DNA of 64,000 nucleotides from Candidatus Marinacidobacterales bacterium (GTDB taxonomy: Bacteria; Acidobacteriota; Vicinamibacteria; Marinacidobacterales; DATDRI01): NCBI GenBank assembly GCA_965219415.1, contig CBDCNP010000002.1:2784001-2848000 (forward strand), in the 5' to 3' direction. The notes under the pieces are model-generated. The model saw only the letters and a program-made list of their open reading frames with translations. It had not been told where the DNA came from and did no database searches. A program made the position numbers and the translations under genes. Shown here in pieces: positions 27,029 to 36,899 of this stretch; position 1 is the stretch's first letter; each line of letters begins with the position of its first letter.

Positions 27029-28758
27029 TTAGCAGGCGGGACAAGCTTTTGGCGATCGAGGAGAAGTACGACGAAGTAAAGACACTCATCACCATCGGCA
27101 AGGAGAAGGGATATCTTCTCTACGATGAAGTGAACGACATTCTGCCGTCCGAGGTGAGCTCATCCGACGAGTTGGACGAGTTGTTCGACGCCTTTGGCTC
27201 CCATGGAATCGACGTTGTCGAGTCCGAGGAAAAGTACAAGGAGCTCAAGGCGGCCGGCATGGCTGGCATGGACAAGAGCAAGAGGCGAGACGAGGTCGAG
27301 CTCGACCTCACGCCGGGGGTCCTCGACAAGACGAACGATCCGGTGCGCATGTACCTCCGCGAAATGGGTACCGTGGCCTTGCTCACGCGGGAGGGAGAAG
27401 TCGAGATCGCCAAACGAATCGAGCACGGCAAGCTCGCTGCGAGCGGAGCCGTTTCCAGGACGCCGATGGCCGCCAGCGACGTCATCGCCTTGAGGGATGC
27501 GCTCAGGAAGGGCGAAGCCAACGTCAAGGACTACATTATCGTGAGCGAGGACGACCTCGCCGATCAAAAGACCGATGAGCGACGCCACCAGGCCATTCTC
27601 CAGATCAACAAGGTGGACCGTGCCTACCGCAACTGTATTACCTACGCCAAACGCTTTGCCAAGCTCAAGAAACGCTCACGCGGTTACGTCAAGGGCAAAT
27701 GGAAGCTAGGCCGGATGCGCATCAAAGTGTCTGGGCTCATTGAGGACATCGACTTCACCGAGAATTTTCTAGGTCAGATGAAGGACAAGATCCGTGAGGG
27801 CACGGACAAGGTCGGGTCGAGCGAGAGGCGGCTGGTTCGGCAGGAGTCTCGTCTAAACGGAATCAAGGGTCGCGGCAAGGCCAAGGACGAGGATAGGGCT
27901 CGACTACGCTCCGAAATGCGCAAGACCCGAGCCAGCATCCGTCGCGTTCAGGAGGGGCTCGAGGCGTCGCCCGCGCAGCTGAAAAGGACTCTCGCCAGAA
28001 TCAAACAAGGGGAGGCACAAGCGCAACAGGCCAAGTCGGAGCTCGTCGAAGCCAACCTGCGTCTGGTAGTCTCCATCGCCAAGAAGTACACCAACCGGGG
28101 GCTGCAGTTCCTAGATCTGATTCAGGAAGGCAATATCGGCCTCATGAAAGCGGTCGACAAGTTCGAGTACCGTCGCGGGTACAAGTTCTCGACCTACGCG
28201 ACTTGGTGGATCCGCCAGGCAATCACGCGCGCCATCGCCGATCAGGCACGCACCATCCGAATCCCGGTGCATATGATCGAGACGATTAACAAACTCGTCC
28301 GCACCTCACGCAGTTTGGTGCAAGAGTACGGTCGGGAGCCTACTTCGGAGGAGATTGCCAAGCGCATGGACATACCGGTGTCTAAGGTGCGAAAGGTCTT
28401 GAAGATCGCCCAAGAGCCCATCTCCCTCGAGACCCCGATCGGAGAGGAAGAGGACAGCCATCTTGGGGACTTTATCGAGGATCGCGGCGTGGTCTCTCCG
28501 GCCGAGCAGGTCATCAACACCAACCTCAAGGAGATGACGGAAGCGGTGCTCAAGACGCTGACCCCGCGAGAGGAGAAGGTCATCAAGATGCGGTTTGGTG
28601 TCGGCGATGGCAGCGAGCACACCCTGGAAGAAGTTGGGCAAAACTTCGAGGTCACCCGCGAGCGCATCCGACAGATCGAGACCAAGGCGCTGCGCAAGCT
28701 CCGTCATCCGTCGCGGAGCCGCAAACTGAAGGCTTTCCTCGAGGGTTCGCGGGTTTAG
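27025..28758 (+). CDS. rpoD: RNA polymerase primary sigma factor
   Basis: [76 protein letters not shown]. Confidence 0.98.
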   Translation: MISRRDKLLAIEEKYDEVKTLITIGKEKGYLLYDEVNDILPSEVSSSDELDELFDAFGSHGIDVVESEEKYKELKAAGMAGMDKSKRRDEVELDLTPGVLDKTNDPVRMYLREMGTVALLTREGEVEIAKRIEHGKLAASGAVSRTPMAASDVIALRDALRKGEANVKDYIIVSEDDLADQKTDERRHQAILQINKVDRAYRNCITYAKRFAKLKKRSRGYVKGKWKLGRMRIKVSGLIEDIDFTENFLGQMKDKIREGTDKVGSSERRLVRQESRLNGIKGRGKAKDEDRARLRSEMRKTRASIRRVQEGLEASPAQLKRTLARIKQGEAQAQQAKSELVEANLRLVVSIAKKYTNRGLQFLDLIQEGNIGLMKAVDKFEYRRGYKFSTYATWWIRQAITRAIADQARTIRIPVHMIETINKLVRTSRSLVQEYGREPTSEEIAKRMDIPVSKVRKVLKIAQEPISLETPIGEEEDSHLGDFIEDRGVVSPAEQVINTNLKEMTEAVLKTLTPREEKVIKMRFGVGDGSEHTLEEVGQNFEVTRERIRQIETKALRKLRHPSRSRKLKAFLEGSRV

Positions 28759-28777
28759 AGTATATTATTGAAGGGAC

Positions 28778-28854
28778 GGGCCCATAGCTCAGTTGGTTAG
28801 AGCCACCGGCTCATAACCGGTTGGTCCTAGGTTCAAGTCCTAGTGGGCCCACCA
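28778..28854 (+). tRNA. tRNA with CAT anticodon, most likely tRNA-Ile2 (lysidine-modified)
   Basis: GGGCCCATAGCTCAGTTGGTTAGAGC-CACCGGCTCATAACCGGT-TGGTCCTAGGTTCAAGTCCTAGTGGGCCCACCA: full cloverleaf with encoded CCA. Lacks initiator features; the position downstream of rpoD is typical for Ile2. Confidence 0.92.
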
Positions 28855-28965
28855 TTAGGCCAGCAGATGACGGTAGGCGAGACGATGGACAGACATGACG
28901 CCCGACCTGGCCCGGGCCGGGCCTGGCCTGACAAGGCAATACGGACGGACGGCCCCAAAGAGTTG

Positions 28966-28995
28966 AAAGGGTGCCCGCGAGGCACCCTTTTTTTT
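28966..28995 (+). terminator. Intrinsic terminator after tRNA
   Basis: AAAGGGTGCC-CGCGA-GGCACCCTTT followed by a T run. Confidence 0.85.
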
Positions 28996-29003
28996 GTGGT
29001 GAA

Positions 29004-29762
29004 ATGATTCCAGAGCTCAAGAACTTAATAACCCTGCAGAAGCTCGACCTTCAAATCCGAGCTGTCGAGATCCGGCTCGCACGCATTCCGGTCGAAGTGG
29101 AGGAGCTGGAAAAAGAAGTTGCCACCGAGCGGGCAAACGTCAAAGCTGCCGGGGACCGTCTGGGCGAGTCGCAGAAACAACGACGCGCTATGGAGGGAGA
29201 ACTGGAGCAGATGGAGACGTCGATCGCGAAGTACAAAGATCAGCTGATGCAAGTAAAGACCAACGATGAGTACAAGGCGATGCAGAAGCAGATCGAGAAT
29301 AGCAAGGAAGAGATCGGCAAGAAGGAAGAGGACATCCTCGTTGGCATGGATGAAGCCGACCGATTTCAAGAACAGCTGAAGCTACGCGAGAAAGAGTTGG
29401 AAGAAGGACAAAAAAAGGTGACCGCCATGGAGGCCGATCTAGAAAAAGAAGCGACTCGCCTCCGCACCGAGCTGGAAACGGAGACCTCCGGGCGAGAGAA
29501 ATTGCTGGCGACGATCGACGCCGCTCTCCTCGCCCAATATCGCAAGGTCTCGGACGCGCGGAGCGGCATCGCCATGGCGGAAGCCAAGGACGAGCATTGT
29601 GAGGTCTGCCACGTGCGACTTCGGCCTCAGGTCTACAACGAGATCCGTGTAGGAAAAGAGATCTTGAACTGCGACAGCTGCGGCCGCATCATGTACTACT
29701 TGGGCCCATCCCCGGGCCATGGCGGCGAGGCAGATACGAACCAGCCGGCCGAGAGCACATAG
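29004..29762 (+). CDS. Coiled-coil C4 zinc-ribbon protein (DUF164 / HP0958-CT398-like)
   Basis: L..LQ.LD N-terminus, long coiled coil with KTN.EY.A, C..CHV.L.PQ...C.SCGRI.Y. Confidence 0.88.
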   Translation: MIPELKNLITLQKLDLQIRAVEIRLARIPVEVEELEKEVATERANVKAAGDRLGESQKQRRAMEGELEQMETSIAKYKDQLMQVKTNDEYKAMQKQIENSKEEIGKKEEDILVGMDEADRFQEQLKLREKELEEGQKKVTAMEADLEKEATRLRTELETETSGREKLLATIDAALLAQYRKVSDARSGIAMAEAKDEHCEVCHVRLRPQVYNEIRVGKEILNCDSCGRIMYYLGPSPGHGGEADTNQPAEST

Positions 29763-29778
29763 TACCCTGTAGACCAGT

Positions 29779-30546
29779 TCAGCTTACGCCGATTACGCCC
29801 ATCAATCTCCCAACGCCCTTACCCTCTTTGCGGTATGAGTAGAGCCTTCCATTGTCGCAAGACGTGCACATGCCACTCGCATAAATCTGTTCCCGCGGGA
29901 CTCCATACGTTGTGAGCTGCCTCGAGTTGGCTTCGATCAAGTTCAGGTGGCTCTTTCCGTGCGGGCCGGGCGAGAACAGATCTCGGCCGCAGGAGACGTT
30001 TTCGTCGAACGCGCGAACAACATCCTCACCCACTTCATAACAACACGCACCGATGGACGGCCCCATCGCCACGTGGATCGACTCGGGCCGAGAGCCGAAC
30101 TTCGTCGCTAGAAAAGCCGCCGCCGAACGAGAAACTCCCGCCAGCGTACCTCTCCAGCCGGCATGAACCGCGGCGACCGCTCCTCTGTCCTCGTCCCAAA
30201 GCACGAGCGGAACGCAGTCTGCGGTATGAACTGTTAGGGCGAGCCCTTTCCTATTCGTGGCCAGCCCATCGCAGACCGGAAGGGTGAGCGGCGTTTCATC
30301 GACCGCTTGAATTTCCGAGCCGTGTACCTGGCGCATGTGAGCCACCGCCTCGAGTCCTAGGGCAAGCGCAAGGTCTGCTCGACCTCGATCGCCTCGGTCT
30401 CGGCCTCCGAACGGCGCCGAACCGTCGCCATTCCGCCACCGCATGCTGAATCCGTGCGGTACACCGTGGTCGGCAAGCGGTTTGCAAACCACCACATCGA
30501 TCGGCTCTGGGCTTCCGATGGATCGTCGCTGGAAATGATCGTTCAT
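29779..30546 (-). CDS. pgeF: YfiH/PgeF-family protein
   Basis: QVHG, TADCVP, HAGWRG, GPSIG.CCYEVG, CT.C...YSYR. Confidence 0.92.
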   Translation of the reverse strand: MNDHFQRRSIGSPEPIDVVVCKPLADHGVPHGFSMRWRNGDGSAPFGGRDRGDRGRADLALALGLEAVAHMRQVHGSEIQAVDETPLTLPVCDGLATNRKGLALTVHTADCVPLVLWDEDRGAVAAVHAGWRGTLAGVSRSAAAFLATKFGSRPESIHVAMGPSIGACCYEVGEDVVRAFDENVSCGRDLFSPGPHGKSHLNLIEANSRQLTTYGVPREQIYASGMCTSCDNGRLYSYRKEGKGVGRLMGVIGVS

Positions 30547-30564
30547 AGTTTATAGGGTACTAAA

Positions 30565-30897
30565 ATGAAAGTCGGACTCTACTTGGCAACCCTCGACGAG
30601 ACCCCCCCGGCGGAGAGCCCCGTCTATACCGAGCCTGAGCGGCGCTACTGTCTGAGGCGCCGAAACCCTCAACCTCATCTAGCCGGCCGCTATGCTGCCA
30701 AACGAGCCGCCTGCATTGCGCTCGACCTCGGTGGAGACGAGGCGGTCGGAGACGTTGAAGTCGCTCGCGAGCCCGGGCAGGCCCCGACTCTGAAGCTCCA
30801 CGGCGAGGCCAAGAAGAAAACGACCGCGGGTGCTACGAGTCACGTCAGCATCAGTCACAGCGGAGACTACGCGGTGGCGCTGGTGGTCATCGAATGA
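30565..30897 (+). CDS. AcpS-like 4'-phosphopantetheinyl transferase with degenerate metal-binding residues
   Basis: YT..E..YC, HLAGRYAAKRA, G.AP.L.L.G, HVSISHS.DYAVA.V. The GxD and KEA motifs are altered. Confidence 0.75.
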   Translation: MKVGLYLATLDETPPAESPVYTEPERRYCLRRRNPQPHLAGRYAAKRAACIALDLGGDEAVGDVEVAREPGQAPTLKLHGEAKKKTTAGATSHVSISHSGDYAVALVVIE

Positions 30898-32570
30898 GCG
30901 ACCTCCGCCTTCTGGTACTGCGTTTCGAGTAGCTCGCTTTTCATCCCGTTATCGATGTGATCCCATGGCAGAATTTCGTCCAGCGGACGCTCCCGATGAA
31001 TGTAGAAGCCCAAGTCGATGCCATCGAGCGCGAGCGCGCGATTGAAATCGGCTTCCCCTCTCGCCAGGCGCAGCATCGCGGGAGCGACCCTGCGGTCTCC
31101 GAGCGCCAGGAGGGCCTGCAGCTTTTCGAGCCGCGGCGATTTGCAGCGCGGTTCCACGTTGGGGATGCGTCCCAGCGACTTCTGAAGAAAACGCATCTTG
31201 CGATTCAATTCCTTTTGAGACGCCATTGGGTGCCACTGAAAGGGTGTCCCCGACTTGGGGATGAAGGGGTTGATGCTAGGAATGAGCCGACCTAGCCGAC
31301 CACGACGGCGGCCATGCTCTAGCATCTGCTCACGAATGGACTCGACCAAAGTGACGATACCCTCGACGTCTTCTTCACGTTCACCGGGAAGACCCACCAT
31401 CAAATAGAGCTTCAGGTTCTCCACACCGCGCGAGAAGATCATGTCGGTCTTCTCCAAGATCTCGGTGTTGGGAATCCGTTTGTGGATGGCAAAACGCAGC
31501 CGATCGGTTCCTGCCTCCGGCGCCACCGCAAGAGTCTTCTCGCCGCTTCCCACGAGCGAATCGAGGAGCTCCGGACGCAGGTCTTCGAAACGAAGCGACG
31601 AGACGCTGACCCGAAAGCCCATCTCTTTGAGCCCGTTCACTAAAGGAACGATCTCGCGATGGGCTCCAACCGCGGTCGAGACCAGACCGATCTCCGACGT
31701 GTGAGGCCTCGCGTCTCGCGAGGCTTCTAGGATTTTCTCCATCTCGAAAGACCGCTTGGGTAGATAGTTGTATCCGGCCCAGCAGAACCGACAAAGAGTC
31801 GGGCATCCTCGAGAAACCTCGACCAGAAACTTCTTCGACATCTCTGTCGCGGAAGTCAGAACGTAGGTTGCCGGGGGAGGCAGACCGGCGCGCTTGCCCA
31901 TCTTCGCGCGCACCACCCGGTTTTTCGAGGCGACGCGATTGCGTCGCCTCGCGATCGTTCCATCCGCGCGATAGTCGACCTCGAAGTGGCTTGGTACGTA
32001 GAAGCCTCCTTCGCCCTCCAGCCGGCGGAACAACTCCGCCCGGGACAAGTCAGCTCGTAGCGCATCGGTCAAGGCGGGAAGCAGTGCTTCCGCCTCTCCC
32101 ACCGCGATCAGATCCAGAAACGGTGCCAAGGGTTCCGGGTTCAAGAACGTCACCGGGCCGCCGGCCAGAACCAAGGGGTCTCTCTCGTTTCTCTCCCCAG
32201 CCAGAGGTGAAATCCCGGCCATGTCCAACATCGAGATCAAGTTTAGCTCGTCCGGCTCGAAGGTAATGGAGAAGGCCACGACATCGAAGTCACGCACAGG
32301 CGTCCCGGACTCTAGGGTGGCGAGGGGCTCTCCTCTCTTGCGAAGCTCGTCGATGTCGCCATGATCGGGCAGAAAAAACCGCTCGCAGACCACATTGGGC
32401 TCATCGTTCCAGAAACGATAAACGGCCTGAAAGCCTACGTTCGACATCCCGATGTAATAGGTGTTGGGGTAGCCGATCGCCACACGGAGCTTCCCCGCAT
32501 GGGGCTTGAAGACCGTCCCGATCTCGCCCTCGAGCAGCTCCCGGTTCCGTTCCTGTAACTTCCTATTCAT
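30867..32570 (-). CDS. Radical SAM protein with N-terminal B12-binding-like domain
   Basis: YPNTY.IGMSN.G, FDVVAFS.TFE, RGCPTLCRFC (CxxxCxxC), APEAG, KLY.MVGLPGE, PF.PK..TPFQW, LPWDHID. Confidence 0.88.
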   Translation of the reverse strand: MNRKLQERNRELLEGEIGTVFKPHAGKLRVAIGYPNTYYIGMSNVGFQAVYRFWNDEPNVVCERFFLPDHGDIDELRKRGEPLATLESGTPVRDFDVVAFSITFEPDELNLISMLDMAGISPLAGERNERDPLVLAGGPVTFLNPEPLAPFLDLIAVGEAEALLPALTDALRADLSRAELFRRLEGEGGFYVPSHFEVDYRADGTIARRRNRVASKNRVVRAKMGKRAGLPPPATYVLTSATEMSKKFLVEVSRGCPTLCRFCWAGYNYLPKRSFEMEKILEASRDARPHTSEIGLVSTAVGAHREIVPLVNGLKEMGFRVSVSSLRFEDLRPELLDSLVGSGEKTLAVAPEAGTDRLRFAIHKRIPNTEILEKTDMIFSRGVENLKLYLMVGLPGEREEDVEGIVTLVESIREQMLEHGRRRGRLGRLIPSINPFIPKSGTPFQWHPMASQKELNRKMRFLQKSLGRIPNVEPRCKSPRLEKLQALLALGDRRVAPAMLRLARGEADFNRALALDGIDLGFYIHRERPLDEILPWDHIDNGMKSELLETQYQKAEVAHSMTTSATA

Positions 32571-32659
32571 ACAAACCATCGATTTTAGCCATCTTATTGA
32601 CGAAAGTCCAATTGGGTGTTTACAATGGAACGTCCCTCGCAAGAACTCACCGAAACAAT

Positions 32660-33856
32660 ATGAGTAACCGAAAAGGCACCATTGCCATCTTGACCGGAGG
32701 CGGCGACGTACCCGGACTGAATCCCGCGATCCGAGCCTTGACGATCCGGGCACTTCGGGAAGGCTATCGGGTGCTCGGCGTCCGCCGCGGATGGGCCGGG
32801 CTCGTGGACTTGGTACGCGACAGCATGGTGCCTTCCTACGAGCAGGTCATCGAGCTCACCGAAGAAGTCGTCAACAAGGTCGGCCGCACCGGCGGGACGT
32901 TTCTCCATTCCTCCCGGACACGCCCCAGCCATCTCCCCATCGCCAGCGTCCCGGAACACCTCAAGGAGCGCTATACAGAAGACATCAACGATGTCACCGG
33001 CGAGGTTCTCGCCAACCTCGACTGGCTCGGCGTCGACACGCTGATCCCCATCGGAGGAGACGACACCCTCTCCTACGCCGCGAGGCTCCACCAACAAGAC
33101 GTCGGCATCATCGCGATTCCGAAGACTATGGACAACGACGTCCCCGGGACCGACTACTGCATTGGCTTCAGCACGTGCGTGACCCGAACCATCGAGATGA
33201 CTCATGCCTTGCGGACCACCGCGGGAAGCCACGAGCGTTTCTTGGTGATCGAGGTCTTCGGACGCTACGCGGGATTCACGTCTTTGATCCCCACCATGGC
33301 GGGTGCCGCCAATCGTTGCGTGATCCCCGAGCACCAATTCGACATCGAGCGCCTCTGTGAGCTTTTGGCTGAAGACCGCTATTCGAATCCCAGCAAATAC
33401 TCCGTCGTGATTGTCTCCGAAGGGGCCACATTCAGCGGCTCGGAACTGGTTTACGACAAAGAAGAGAAGGATCAGTACGGCCACAAGAAGCTGGGAGGTG
33501 TCGGCGACGTCCTTTCGGAAAGACTGAAGGAACTCTCGCCGAAATTCAACAAGGGACGCCGCATCAACGTGATCAACCAGCGGCTGGGCTATCTCGTGCG
33601 CTGCGGCAACCCCGACGCGATGGACTCCATCGTACCGATGGCCTTCGGCAACCTCGCGATGGATCTCGTCCTTCGGGGTGTGGACGGCAAGTTGGTCTCG
33701 GTCCGAAACGGGCGTTACGACAGCGTTCCGCTGGATATCGTGACCAGCGAGAAGAAGGTCGTGAACGTCGAAAAGTACTACAACACCGACCGACTACGAC
33801 CCATCTTCGACAAGTTCGACGGCAAGCCGCTCTTCATCATGACCAGCGAGTCGTAG
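32660..33856 (+). CDS. pfkA: 6-phosphofructokinase (PfkA family, PPi-type signature)
   Basis: TGGGDVPGLN, GGT.LHSSRT, IGGDDT, PKTMDND, EVFGR.AG, LGYLVRCG. Confidence 0.92.
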   Translation: MSNRKGTIAILTGGGDVPGLNPAIRALTIRALREGYRVLGVRRGWAGLVDLVRDSMVPSYEQVIELTEEVVNKVGRTGGTFLHSSRTRPSHLPIASVPEHLKERYTEDINDVTGEVLANLDWLGVDTLIPIGGDDTLSYAARLHQQDVGIIAIPKTMDNDVPGTDYCIGFSTCVTRTIEMTHALRTTAGSHERFLVIEVFGRYAGFTSLIPTMAGAANRCVIPEHQFDIERLCELLAEDRYSNPSKYSVVIVSEGATFSGSELVYDKEEKDQYGHKKLGGVGDVLSERLKELSPKFNKGRRINVINQRLGYLVRCGNPDAMDSIVPMAFGNLAMDLVLRGVDGKLVSVRNGRYDSVPLDIVTSEKKVVNVEKYYNTDRLRPIFDKFDGKPLFIMTSES

Positions 33857-34135
33857 ACAGGGTCGGGCTCCCGGGCACGAAATCGCTCCATTGTTTCTTT
33901 GCCCATTTCTTGCTAAACATGTGTCGTCCCCTCTCGACACCAATATAACAACGTACTTTTCTTGACCTTGAGACGACGCGAGTCGAAAGGAATCTGCTTT
34001 GACGAACTTTTTGTCTCAAGACTTCTACGCGTTGACTAGACAGTCAACGCACACTCGAGAGGTGGCACTACTGAGGCAACAAGGAGATCAAAAAACTTGT
34101 TGTGGGAATCTTGTCAAGGGAAAATTTGATCTTTT

Positions 34136-36588
34136 TTACTTTGGAGCGAGGCGCTTCAGTTCCTCGAACCAGTTGAGGACGACCACCAAGCTTCTCTTGG
34201 AGCTAGCGTCCCGCTGAATCATGAGAAAGCGCTCTCCATCGCGAGAGACGTCGAACGCGGGCTCTGCCGCGAATCCAACGTCGAGGACGACGCGGGGCGC
34301 ATCCGCGGAGAACTTGGGCTCCGTTTGGATGGCAACCGCCATGATCCGGTCGCCCTCCCGGTAGAAGAGCTCTCTTCCATCCTTGGACCAAACCGGCCAC
34401 GAACCGCCGTCGGTCGAGAGGGCCCACTTTCCTCCCGGGCCAGGGAACGGCCGAACGTAGACTTCGTGCCGCCCCGTCTCGTCCGAGACGTACGCGAGGA
34501 AACGCCCGTCGGGAGAGAACATCGGGGTTCGCTCAACGAACTCGGTGGCAAGGAAGGGTTCTGGCTCGCCACCGAGCGCTAACACGAAGATATCTCCTCC
34601 ACGGGTCGCCAGAGCCAGGAAACGGCCATCCGGGGACCACGAGGATGGCGCGAGGTAAAGGAGATCGCCGGGGTCACGCCGATAAAGGACCTCTGTCTCC
34701 CCGCTTCCATCGGCTGAGATGGTGAGCAGGCCCATCGCATAGTGAACAAAAGCGATCCGATCGCCTCCGGGCGACCAGACCGCGGCGGTGCCGCCATCGA
34801 CCGTGAGGCGCGAGCGCGTTCCACGCTCGATATCATGGAGCCACAAATCGAAGCCGGCCGTCGGCGAGTTGATCGCCACAGCGACGCGACTCTCATCGGG
34901 GGATAATCTTAGCACTTCGACGGCTTCAAGGTTCTTGGAGAGCGGCGTCACGCGACCCTCTCGGTCGACCCCAACCAGTCGGAAGGCGGCGCCCACATCG
35001 GGCGGCACGTACACGAGAGTACCCTCATGAGAAAGTGCGAACTGTGCCGCGGTGTTGCCTGTCAACTGAACGCCCTCGACCACCGGCGCGGGCGTCCCTT
35101 TGATCTCCAACCGATCGGAATCGAACGGCACCGCCCAGAGGCCGCCCTCTCGCTGATAGACCAGATGGCCGGACGCGGTGAGCTGGGGCGTCGTCCCTTC
35201 GAGGAGGACCCGCGGCTCGTTGCTTTCACGGGGAAGGACCGCGACTTCGCTCGTCCCTCCGCCGGAAGAACCGAAGATGATCGTATCGTCGTCGCCCCAG
35301 CTCACTCCCCTTGCGGCCACAGGCAACTCGGAGATCGTCACCGGAGCTCCGCCGGAAAGGGACACCTTCCTAAGGCGCAAATCCGCGACCTGGAGGAACC
35401 CGGCCCACTGGCCGTCTGGGGAAACGAAGAGATTGTTGGGATTTTCCGTTCCGGGAAGCGGCGTCCCTTCGATCTCGTCGAGCGCGCGTCGATACAACTG
35501 ACTGACGCCGTCCCGCTCGCCGCGATAGACGAGGGTCCTGCCATCGGGCGTGATCTTCACGAACTGCCCCATGGTGACACTGAGCTCGCCGGCCTCGGTC
35601 CGGAGCCGGATCACCGGTGGGGCATCGGGGCGCGTGAATCGATGAACCGCAACGCCAACCACGGCAGCAGCAAGCAAGAGGGCAAGTACCCAAGCGAGCC
35701 GCTCACGGCTTCGTGCTCCGGCCGGGGCCGTCGTCGAAACGTCTGCGTCACCCTTGTCGCGAATCCATCCGAGCTCCAGCATCAAGTCCCTCGCGCTCTG
35801 CCAGCGATCCTCGGGATCTTTCGCCAGGCACCTCTGAACGAGACGCTCGAGAGCGAAGGGCGTCAAAGGCTGGAGGCCGGAAATGGACGCGGGCTCGGCG
35901 CTCATGATCGCGGTGATGAGGCTCGCCTGACTCTCTCCTTCGAAAGCCTTCCGCCCGGTGAGCATCTCGTAGAGGACGGCTCCGAACGCAAAGAGGTCTG
36001 CCCGTGCGTCGGCTTCCTTCCCCTCGAGCTGCTCCGGGGCCATGTACTGGAAGGTTCCCAAGATCGAGCCTTCCTGAGTAAGAGGCTTCGCTTCAGTGGG
36101 CAAGGCCGATACGCCACCGGCATTCGTTTCCGCCGCCGTCATCTTCGCTAGCCCGAAGTCGAGAAGCTTCGCACCGGACTTCGTCACCATGATGTTGCCG
36201 GGCTTCAAGTCGCGATGAACCACACCTTGACGGTGCGCTTTGTCGAGAGCGTCGGCGATCTCAGTTCCATACTTCAAGGCTTGATCTAGAGGCAGCGCTC
36301 CTTTCTTCAACCGATCGGCGAGCGTGTCTCCCTCGATGTGCTCCATGACCATGAAGTCGATGCCGTTCTCGCTGCCGATGTCGTGAAGCGTGCAGATGTG
36401 TGGATGGTTCAGGCTCGAGACGGCGCGGGCTTCGGGATGGCTGGCTACGTGAGACGGAAGGACCTTGATGGCGACGGTTCGGTCGAGACGCGTGTCTTTG
36501 GCCTTGTAGACTTCCCCCATTCCCCCCGCACCCAAAGGTGCGAGGATTTCGTAGGGACCGCGAGACGCTCACCCGCGCTGAGAGCCAT
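34136..36588 (-). pseudogene. Hanks-type Ser/Thr kinase with TM and C-terminal PD40/TolB-like beta-propeller; 5' frameshift and apparent internal deletions
   Basis: LGAGGMGEVY, VAIK, HRDLKPGN, DFGLAK, GT.QYMAPE, SPDG repeats. The ATG at 36588 is out of frame through 2 extra nt at about 36560. Confidence 0.75.
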
Positions 36589-36684
36589 GCCCCCTCACCC
36601 GGCGTCTGACGTCGTCGATAACAGCACGACACGCCTTGACGCCACCCTCTCCCAGCCCGCCTTCGTCCGCTTTTTTTCCAGAGA

Positions 36685-36731
36685 ACTTCGGCGGGTCCGC
36701 CGAAGCTTCAGCGAAGGCGGAAGGGAGAGGG
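36685..36731. repeat. Palindromic repeat copy (same family as 4584 and 15925)
   Basis: ACTTCGGCGGGTCCGCCGAAGCTTCAGCGAAGGCGGAAGGGAGAGGG; hairpin CTTCGGCGG/CCGCCGAAG. Confidence 0.85.
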
Positions 36732-36818
36732 TAACAAGGAAGTAAGTCACCATCATTGTGGTGAAAATAGACCCGCACGGACTGAAAAGTCAAAGAGTAG
36801 CCAGGTGAGGGCGTGGCA

Positions 36819-36899
36819 AGAGCGCAGCTCATGCCGCAGAACCGCAGCTCAGGGCCCCACAGCCGCAGCTTGTGAGCTAGAACCGCAGCTCGTGAGCGG
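36819..36899. repeat. Four degenerate 20-21 bp tandem repeats downstream of ftsZ
   Basis: Core CGCAGCT at 36823, 36843, 36864 and 36884; AGAACCGCAGCTC occurs twice exactly. Confidence 0.7.

Noticed and set aside
28855-28965. Possible integrated element or att site after the tRNA
   Set aside because: No integrase and no duplicated tRNA 3' end seen in the window; only a short GC pentamer-like run and a terminator.
29763-29778. rnhA/rnpB often found after the zinc-ribbon gene
   Set aside because: Only 16 nt before the convergent pgeF; no RNase P RNA signature seen.
36819-36899. Possible mini-CRISPR array
   Set aside because: Period is only 20-21 bp, repeats are degenerate, there are no 25-45 bp unique spacers and no cas genes.
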